A stretch of 64,000 nucleotides of DNA, taken from contig CAZKAB010000001.1 of NCBI GenBank assembly GCA_964550615.1, positions 76,786 to 140,785 of the forward strand. The letters run 5' to 3'. Positions 48,451-54,798 of this stretch are shown here, in pieces (position 1 is the first letter of the stretch; the number at the start of each line of letters is the position of its first letter). Both the position numbers and the translations under genes were made by a program. The DNA comes from an uncultured Thermotogae bacterium (lineage in GTDB: Bacteria; Bipolaricaulota; Bipolaricaulia; UBA7950; UBA9294). The notes beneath the pieces were generated by a model. The model saw nothing but the letters and a program-made list of their open reading frames with translations. It had not been told where the DNA came from and did no database searches.

Positions 48451-49034
48451 ATCGGAAGACGGCCATATTGCTAATTGCAGGCGGAGTGCTGATAGCGATC
48501 GGTCTTTCACTCGCGTTCGCGTTCCCACTGCGAGATGCGTTTCGTGCCGCCGTGGCCGAGCCATTCATTTCCTCATTCTATTTGTTCCGCTGGTACCTCC
48601 ATCGTATATCGCAGGCCGTGCTGTGGGGAACGTTTGTCCTCCTTGGAGGCTTCTTGCTTGCGAGGTCGTTTGCAGGAGCGTTTCCGTCGCGAAGGAAGGA
48701 ATACCAAGGGCGCATCCGCGCCGCAACTGAGCCTGTAAGCGAACTAGATCGGCTCGCAACGATAATCGGTCATACTCATCGGCGCCCATTTGCACGCAGG
48801 CGGATGGCGGTTGAACTTTCCCGACTCGCGATCCGGATGATCGCAAAGAGAGAAGGGATATCTCTCAAGGAAGCAAGAACAAGGTTCGAGTCATTCGACT
48901 GGTGTAGTGACGGGGCAATTGCCGATTTCTTCTCGTACAGACGCCAGTACCACGGACTAAGAAGAGGAAGGGACTTCTCAATGTTGCTGCACAAGACAGT
49001 CTCATTTCTCGAACGCTACTATCAGGGGGTCTAG
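48447..49034 (+). CDS. Membrane protein of unknown function in the MoxR operon
   Basis: ORF 48399..49034. I prefer GTG 48447 (VNRKTAILLIAGGVLIAIGL), which forms a GTGA overlap with the upstream stop. It has two or three TM helices and then a basic helical tail. No family recognised. Confidence 0.5.
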   Translation: MNRKTAILLIAGGVLIAIGLSLAFAFPLRDAFRAAVAEPFISSFYLFRWYLHRISQAVLWGTFVLLGGFLLARSFAGAFPSRRKEYQGRIRAATEPVSELDRLATIIGHTHRRPFARRRMAVELSRLAIRMIAKREGISLKEARTRFESFDWCSDGAIADFFSYRRQYHGLRRGRDFSMLLHKTVSFLERYYQGV

Positions 49035-49985
49035 ATGGAACTTACGGAAGTAGGCGCGCGCAGTCACGCAATCGTCGATGAGGTTGCAAAGGCAATCGTC
49101 GGAAAGGAAGACGTACTGAAACAGGTCATGGTCGGAATCCTTGCCGGTGCGCACATCCTGTTCGAAGACTATCCCGGACTGGCAAAGACGATGATAGCCC
49201 GCAGTTTCGCACAAGTACTCGGCCTCGATTTCAAAAGGATTCAGTTCACGCCAGATCTGTTACCGAGCGACATCACCGGTTCACACGTCTTCGACCGCGA
49301 GAAGGAGGAATTCACCCTCACCGTCGGACCGGTGTTCGCCAATGTCGTGCTGGCGGACGAAATCAATCGAGCGACGCCGAAGACACAGTCGGCGTTGCTC
49401 GAAGCGATGCAAGAGGCGCAGGTCACGATCGATGGTGACACGCACCGCCTTCCCACACCATTCATCGTCATCGCGACGCAGAACCCGATCGAATACGAAG
49501 GAACGTTTCCTCTTCCCGAAGCACAACTCGACCGTTTCATGATTCGCCTTTCGGTCGGTTACCCGGATAGAGAAGGAGAGGTTGAGATACTGCGGCGGCG
49601 GCGCGCGCGTAAGACTGACGATATCGATCTTGTTCCTATCATCGATGCTGCCGTGCTGCAACGGATGAAGACAGCTGTGGAAGAGGTATTCGTCGACCCC
49701 GACATAGAGGAATATATCGTCTCTATCATTAGCAAGACCCGCTCCGATAGCAACGTGTATGTCGGCGCGAGTCCGCGCGGTTCGCTCGCATTGCTGAAAC
49801 TTGCGCGCGCCCAGGCTGCACTGGAAGGACGTGACTACGTTCTCCCCGACGACGTCAAGATGTTCGCTGTACCGGCATTGGCCCATCGCATGATTCTCAG
49901 TCCGGAGCTGTGGTCGAAACGGATTGCACCCGCCGACGTCGTGCAGAAGATCCTACGGCTGGTACCTGTTCCCAAGGTCGATTGA
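49035..49985 (+). CDS. MoxR-family AAA+ ATPase
   Basis: 316 aa with the motifs IVGKEDVLKQVMVGILAGAHILFEDYPGLAKT (Walker A variant), VLADEINRA (Walker B) and LLEAMQE...IATQNP, which are typical of MoxR. The ATG follows the upstream stop directly. Confidence 0.9.
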   Translation: MELTEVGARSHAIVDEVAKAIVGKEDVLKQVMVGILAGAHILFEDYPGLAKTMIARSFAQVLGLDFKRIQFTPDLLPSDITGSHVFDREKEEFTLTVGPVFANVVLADEINRATPKTQSALLEAMQEAQVTIDGDTHRLPTPFIVIATQNPIEYEGTFPLPEAQLDRFMIRLSVGYPDREGEVEILRRRRARKTDDIDLVPIIDAAVLQRMKTAVEEVFVDPDIEEYIVSIISKTRSDSNVYVGASPRGSLALLKLARAQAALEGRDYVLPDDVKMFAVPALAHRMILSPELWSKRIAPADVVQKILRLVPVPKVD

Positions 49986-49986
49986 C

Positions 49987-51270
49987 GTGTCCACTCTCAG
50001 GCGGCTGAACATCACCATCGGCATCGCAATCGCAATGGCGCTTGTGGGCGTGCTCATACGTGACGGCCGCGTCCTCGCCATGTCGCTGCCGTTCCTTGCT
50101 TACGCCGGGCTGATGTTGTTCAAGTCACTCGATCGCCGCGGGCTCAAGTTGGAGATCGATCGTTCTCTCAGTTCCGAACGGATTGTCGAAGGAGAAACGA
50201 TCGACGTCACACTCTCTGTCATAAATCGTGGGGCATCTGTCCGTAATGTCTGTGTTTCAGATCGCATACCGAAAGGAGCTGCGATAGCCGGTGGAGAAGC
50301 GTCCACTCTCGTGTACCTAAAGACGAACGATTGCGTAACACTCTCCTATCGGCTCACAGCGCAGCGCGGCGAGTACAGCCTCCCTGGGGTCGATGCTACA
50401 TCGTGGCGTCGATCACTCTTGGCCCCTCAGGTTCAATTCTTCAGACGTGAAACGAACTTTCTCGTCGTTCCAGTCGCCGAGCCAATCTCCGATGTCGAGA
50501 TTCGACCGCAGCAGACGCGCGCCTATGCCGGAATCGTGCGCGCAAACCAAGGGGGTAGTGGCATTGATTTCTTTGGATGCCACGCCTACACCACCGGAGA
50601 CGATATTCGCCGGATCAACTGGCGCGCGTATGCCCGCACCGGCGAGTTGATCGTGAACGAGTACGAACAAGAGAGAATCGCCGATGTTACAGTATTCCTC
50701 GACGCTCGCGCAGGCGCGAACCCGCGCGTAGGCAAAGAGGACACCTTCACCCACGCCGTTCGCGCCGCTGCAAGCGTAAGCAAACACTTCATCGGCCAAG
50801 GAAATTGCGTCGGACTTCTCATCTACGGGGACTATCTCAACTGGGCATTCCCCAACTACGGCAAGATACAGCTTGCTCGCATCCTCGATTCCCTCGCACG
50901 AGCAGAGCCTGCAGACAAGGAAGTATTCGACGATCTCCGTTCCGTGCCGACGCGTCTCTTTCCCCCCCGTTCACAGCTTGTGATGGTAAGCTCGATTCCC
51001 AACATGAGGGACATCGAGGTGATCGGTGTACTGCGTGCCCGCGGGTATCGTATCATGATCGTCGTCCCCGACTTGCTCGCGTATCAGCTGGAAGATGTTC
51101 CATCGGGAGCGGATCGCGATCTCGCTCTGCGCGTGCTCACACTGAGGCGCCGGTTACTGTTGGATACGTTGGCAAGGATCGGGATACAGGTCGTGTTGTG
51201 GGACGTGACGAAGCCTCTATCCGCTTCCTTTGGTTGGTCATCATCACGACGGGGAAGGAGGTCGGCATGA
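49987..51270 (+). CDS. DUF58 domain-containing protein (vWA-like fold, MoxR partner) with N-terminal TM helices
   Basis: ORF 49924..51270. I prefer GTG 49987, 1 nt after the moxR stop. It carries the DUF58 signature YTTGDDIRRINWRAYARTGELIVNEYEQER..VTVFLDA. Confidence 0.8.
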   Translation: MSTLRRLNITIGIAIAMALVGVLIRDGRVLAMSLPFLAYAGLMLFKSLDRRGLKLEIDRSLSSERIVEGETIDVTLSVINRGASVRNVCVSDRIPKGAAIAGGEASTLVYLKTNDCVTLSYRLTAQRGEYSLPGVDATSWRRSLLAPQVQFFRRETNFLVVPVAEPISDVEIRPQQTRAYAGIVRANQGGSGIDFFGCHAYTTGDDIRRINWRAYARTGELIVNEYEQERIADVTVFLDARAGANPRVGKEDTFTHAVRAAASVSKHFIGQGNCVGLLIYGDYLNWAFPNYGKIQLARILDSLARAEPADKEVFDDLRSVPTRLFPPRSQLVMVSSIPNMRDIEVIGVLRARGYRIMIVVPDLLAYQLEDVPSGADRDLALRVLTLRRRLLLDTLARIGIQVVLWDVTKPLSASFGWSSSRRGRRSA

Positions 51271-51845
51271 GGACAGCCGCGCTTGTATGTGCCGCCATTA
51301 CCTGCGCTATCCTTGCCGAAAGCGGGTTCTCCCTCGGATCTATACCCTTAGGTGGAGCGGCGGTTGCTCTCGCCGCGGCATGGGCGATCATTCTGTGGAG
51401 CAACGCTTTCGCGGGGCTGCTGTCGTTTCTCCTCATCATGGAAACGTTACTTGCAGCAATCAATGTCCTGTATGGGACATCGGCCTATGTAGGAGGAGCC
51501 GTGGTCGTGCTTGCGCTCGTCTCTTGGGAGCTCGCACTCGCAATCGAGCCGCTTACCTCGTTGCCGAAGGAGAAGGTGCGTGCGCTTGTATATCGCCATA
51601 TCACACAGATGCTTATCGTCGCCATGGGCGGGTATGCGCTGTTTGCAATCCCGCTACAACTTAGTCTGCATCTGGATTTCCGCGTCGCTCTCGGACTCGG
51701 GCTCTTCATATTCTTGTTGTTTGGCCTATTGCTGCGCCATCTCGTCGACCGCAGGGCACGCATCCGAAACGGGCGCCTCGTACCGCTCGTTAGAGGATGG
51801 AACGCACTGAAGGCAGCGCTGGCAAAGAAAAACGGGCGACCCTAG
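51267..51845 (+). CDS. Polytopic membrane protein (192 aa), unknown function, last gene of the MoxR operon
   Basis: This is the C-terminal part of ORF 50577..51845. ATG 51267 forms an ATGA overlap with the DUF58 stop and has GGAAGGAGG upstream. There are five to six hydrophobic helices. The upstream part of the long ORF is an Arg-rich out-of-frame shadow of the DUF58 gene. Confidence 0.6.
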   Translation: MRTAALVCAAITCAILAESGFSLGSIPLGGAAVALAAAWAIILWSNAFAGLLSFLLIMETLLAAINVLYGTSAYVGGAVVVLALVSWELALAIEPLTSLPKEKVRALVYRHITQMLIVAMGGYALFAIPLQLSLHLDFRVALGLGLFIFLLFGLLLRHLVDRRARIRNGRLVPLVRGWNALKAALAKKNGRP

Positions 51846-51862
51846 CTTGATCAGGTCGCCCG
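51824..51862 (-). terminator. Rho-independent terminator for the minus-strand surface-protein operon; the hairpin also spans the plus-strand stop codon
   Basis: On the minus strand the sequence reads CGGGCGACC-(12-nt loop)-GGTCGCCCG followed by TTTTTCTTT. The stems are at 51833-51841 and 51854-51862. It lies 17 nt after the stop at 51879. Confidence 0.6.
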
Positions 51863-51878
51863 CTGGTAGCATCTCCTG

Positions 51879-52562
51879 TCACTGCCCGATATCCAGATCC
51901 CCGCAAACAGAGGTCTTCACGCGCGACTCCGCGTAACCGCTCACCGCACCCGCCAGATGCGGAGAACCGCTTCCCCGCGAGGGGTAGAGTCGATACGTAA
52001 CCGTCCAAGAATCTCCGACCTCAATCGGACTCATCCACAATATCTGCAGATCCTGGCCTTCTTTCTTTGTCACCGCATTGGCAGCATCGAGAATCTCCCA
52101 CTGCCAACCGATAGGCACCGTCTCTTCCAGTCCGACGGCGCTAACTTCGCTACGAGCGCTGACAGTTACTTGCACAAGGATTGACCCGCTCTCATCCGGT
52201 GCAACGTCTCGCACCGCGAACAATGGAGACTCGCCTACGAGCATCCCCTTGCGGCAGGTGGCATAACGTCCGCCACCTTCGTCGACCCGCAGGGTGACCG
52301 CAACAAATCCCGGCTCCGAAAATGCATGTTCGATTATCGGTTCGGTCGTTGACACTTCGTACGTTCCGTCGCCGTCGAAGTCCCAATTGTAACTCACGGC
52401 ATCGTAGGAAAGACAGGTCTGGCACACAGTAAACGTGATATCTTCCCCAACCGCTGGGTTGTAGGTCGTCGGGGCGAAGTTCGCCGTTCCAGCGAGCACC
52501 GCCACTTCGGCGACCATCACCAGGATGAGGAACAACACAAGTCCCTTCATTCTGTTATTCAT
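51879..52562 (-). CDS. Secreted PKD-domain protein with one copy of the GW module (227 aa)
   Basis: It has a signal-peptide-like N-terminus and a PKD motif (SYNWDFDGDGTYE...VTLRV). This is followed by ILVQVTVSARSEVSAVGLEETVPIGWQWE...WTVTYRLYPS, shared with the two upstream proteins. Confidence 0.7.
   Translation of the reverse strand: MNNRMKGLVLFLILVMVAEVAVLAGTANFAPTTYNPAVGEDITFTVCQTCLSYDAVSYNWDFDGDGTYEVSTTEPIIEHAFSEPGFVAVTLRVDEGGGRYATCRKGMLVGESPLFAVRDVAPDESGSILVQVTVSARSEVSAVGLEETVPIGWQWEILDAANAVTKKEGQDLQILWMSPIEVGDSWTVTYRLYPSRGSGSPHLAGAVSGYAESRVKTSVCGDLDIGQ
51978..52181 (-). repeat. GW module copy (227-aa protein)
   Basis: Peptide: ILVQVTVSARSEVSAVGLEETVPIGWQWEILDAANAVTKKEGQDLQILWMSPIEVGDSWTVTYRLYPS. 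Confidence 0.6.
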
Positions 52563-52598
52563 TCCCCCCTCCTAAACCACTGCGGGCACGAGCCGCCC

Positions 52599-54776
52599 CT
52601 AAGGGAGCGGTTCGTGCACCGAGGTATTGGTAAGCCAATAGGCAACCAGATCCCGAATCTGATCGAGAGTGATCTTGTTGTTGTCTGTCGGCGTGTACGT
52701 AACGGGATTACCGTTCAGCCACAGCGATACGGCGTACTGAATCTGATCGAACGATATCTGATCAGGCAGACAAAGAACGATCTTCTCCTGATCGACATCC
52801 CAGCGAGAGATGACAACCTTGATCGGAAGCGTAGGAGCAAAGACTATTTTGTCCTCTCCAAGCACCATGCGTGACAGCCGTGGAGACGAACTCTGAACGA
52901 TCCCGTTGATTGAGACCTCAGTCTTGTCAGGCGGAGTACTGGGCGCGGTGAGCGAATAGGTGATCACCCGCGTATCCCCGTCTCTGAGCGTCTCCATAAA
53001 CAGCCAGTCATAGCCTTGTGCATTATCTCCGCTTCCCTTGTGCAATGTCGCACTGGCGTTGTCGCCGGCAGCGAACGTCCATCCGGCCGGGACATCCTCG
53101 TGCAACGTAAGCCCGTTCACCGTAGTGTTGGCCGTTATCGTCAGTGTAACCGTCACCGTCCCTGCGGCAATCGTCTTGTCTCCAGGCAAACACGTGTCAA
53201 TCGTCCGCACTGCACTGACGCTCGGGAGTACGGTCAACGACTTCCTCACAACTGCGCTTGCTCCCTCATCATCGGTAACCTTCAGTGCGACGCTTGTCTC
53301 GCCGGCGACGGCGAACACATGATCGATATCAGACGAGGCGGTCTCGGCATCGTACTGCCCATCTCCGTCGAAATCCCACGCATAGGAGACAATATGTCCG
53401 TCGATATCGTTCGAGCCACTGGCGTCAAACGTGGTTGTAACGGCGACTCGAGGCTTGTCCGGTGTCAGTCTGAACACGGCCATTGGGCCGGTGTTCTTCA
53501 CCCGAATGACCTGTGTGACGGAATCCGACTTGTAGCCATCATTGTCCGTAACGACGAGCGTCACAGAGTAGCTGCCGCTGTGGGCGTAGCTGTGGGTTGG
53601 ATTCTGATCGGCGCTCGTGTCGCCGTCACCAAACGCCCATGCCCACGCGACCACTTGTCCGTCCTTGTCGCTCGATCGATCGCTGAACGTCACCATGTCC
53701 GTCGTACTTGGAATAGCCGGGACATAATCGAACGCGGCAATCGGCGGAGCGGGAGGAGCGGGAGGCACTATTGCGTGAAGCGTCACGCTTGGGATGCCTA
53801 TCGTGTTCTTCACTCCGCGGAAATCAGTGTATGTGACGGTCGACCCTTGATCCGTATTCAACGTCCCAGCGCTGATCGCCTTCAATGTGATTGCGGCACT
53901 CCACTCTTCATCGAGAGAGATCGAGGCGATCTGCCAGATTAGGGTCGTCGTCCGGTCGGGATTGGAGACGATGCGCGTCGGTGCCGGATCGGCGCTTACG
54001 TACTGAACACTGCTCGGCAGCGTTTTCCTAACCGTCACGACAGTTCCGGCCGTCTTCACAGAAATCAGCTGGTTTATCTGGTCAACTACGGAATCGGTCG
54101 CCCTCTTGAAGAACCGCCCATTCGTATCCGTTGCGAGCTGTTCCAATAGATTGCTGTCGATCAGATTACCGATTCCAACCGGGATGATCCTTATTCCCGC
54201 TTCACTGGCAATGTCGCCCTCGCCCTGCGGGTCACGCCCGGAGTTGTTCTGCCCGTCGGTCATCAGAATCTCCACCAAGATCGCATTTGGGCGTCCGCGC
54301 GCCAGTAGCTCCTGCCGCGCAAGCTGCAATGCGTCACCAAACGCGGATTTCCCGCCCGTGTTGAGATCGGCTATCGCCGTCTTCATCTTCAGGCGATCGG
54401 CAGTGAGCGGTACCGCGAGCTGTGCAGTGGTGGAGAATGTAACGAGTCCGATCTGGTCCTGATCGGAGAATGAGTTCATCAGATCAAACGCCAGTTGTCT
54501 TGCGATATCTATCTGGGCGGTTGCCGAGACGTCGATGACGAACACGTAATCAATCGGGAAGCGTGCCTCCGGCCCGGCACCATCCAACGCAAGACTGACC
54601 ACAGACGTATCCGGCGATCCGGTCCCTGCAACGTAGATCTGTTGAGGGCTGATCTGCTGCTCCACCTGAAGATTCGCCCCTACCCCCAGCACCTGGATAC
54701 CGATGAGCAGGACGGCCAACAAAAGGACGGCGAGGGGTCCCCCCCTCGCCGCAACTCGTTCACTTCTTTTCATCAT
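52599..54776 (-). CDS. Secreted von Willebrand factor A protein with two PKD domains, one GW module and a C-terminal twin-helix module
   Basis: ORF 52599..54797. The start is ATG 54776 or 54773 (AGGAGG at 54784-54779). The VWA domain has a MIDAS-like DVSAT, GGKSAFG and LMTDGQNN. The PKD motifs are WAFGDGDTS and WDFDGDGQYD. An N-terminal hydrophobic segment is present. Confidence 0.8.
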   Translation of the reverse strand: MMKRSERVAARGGPLAVLLLAVLLIGIQVLGVGANLQVEQQISPQQIYVAGTGSPDTSVVSLALDGAGPEARFPIDYVFVIDVSATAQIDIARQLAFDLMNSFSDQDQIGLVTFSTTAQLAVPLTADRLKMKTAIADLNTGGKSAFGDALQLARQELLARGRPNAILVEILMTDGQNNSGRDPQGEGDIASEAGIRIIPVGIGNLIDSNLLEQLATDTNGRFFKRATDSVVDQINQLISVKTAGTVVTVRKTLPSSVQYVSADPAPTRIVSNPDRTTTLIWQIASISLDEEWSAAITLKAISAGTLNTDQGSTVTYTDFRGVKNTIGIPSVTLHAIVPPAPPAPPIAAFDYVPAIPSTTDMVTFSDRSSDKDGQVVAWAWAFGDGDTSADQNPTHSYAHSGSYSVTLVVTDNDGYKSDSVTQVIRVKNTGPMAVFRLTPDKPRVAVTTTFDASGSNDIDGHIVSYAWDFDGDGQYDAETASSDIDHVFAVAGETSVALKVTDDEGASAVVRKSLTVLPSVSAVRTIDTCLPGDKTIAAGTVTVTLTITANTTVNGLTLHEDVPAGWTFAAGDNASATLHKGSGDNAQGYDWLFMETLRDGDTRVITYSLTAPSTPPDKTEVSINGIVQSSSPRLSRMVLGEDKIVFAPTLPIKVVISRWDVDQEKIVLCLPDQISFDQIQYAVSLWLNGNPVTYTPTDNNKITLDQIRDLVAYWLTNTSVHEPLP
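52602..52817 (-). repeat. Twin-helix module, C-terminus of the VWA protein
   Basis: Peptide: VVISRWDVDQEKIVLCLPDQISFDQIQYAVSLWLNGNPVTYTPTDNNKITLDQIRDLVAYWLTNTSVHEPLP. Confidence 0.65.
52938..53162 (-). repeat. GW module copy (VWA protein)
   Basis: Peptide: GTVTVTLTITANTTVNGLTLHEDVPAGWTFAAGDNASATLHKGSGDNAQGYDWLFMETLRDGDTRVITYSLTAPS. Confidence 0.55.
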
Positions 54777-54798
54777 CTCCTCCTTAGGTGACCACAAA

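Noticed and set aside
50577-51266. The N-terminal 230 residues of the 422-aa ORF 50577..51845.
   Set aside because: This stretch is Arg-rich and out of frame over the DUF58 gene. Only the portion from ATG 51267 (ATGA-coupled, SD present, hydrophobic helices) looks like a real protein.
53016-53942. A 308-aa plus-strand ORF inside the VWA/PKD gene.
   Set aside because: It is antisense to a gene with VWA and PKD motifs. It is Arg/Cys/His-rich and has no SD.
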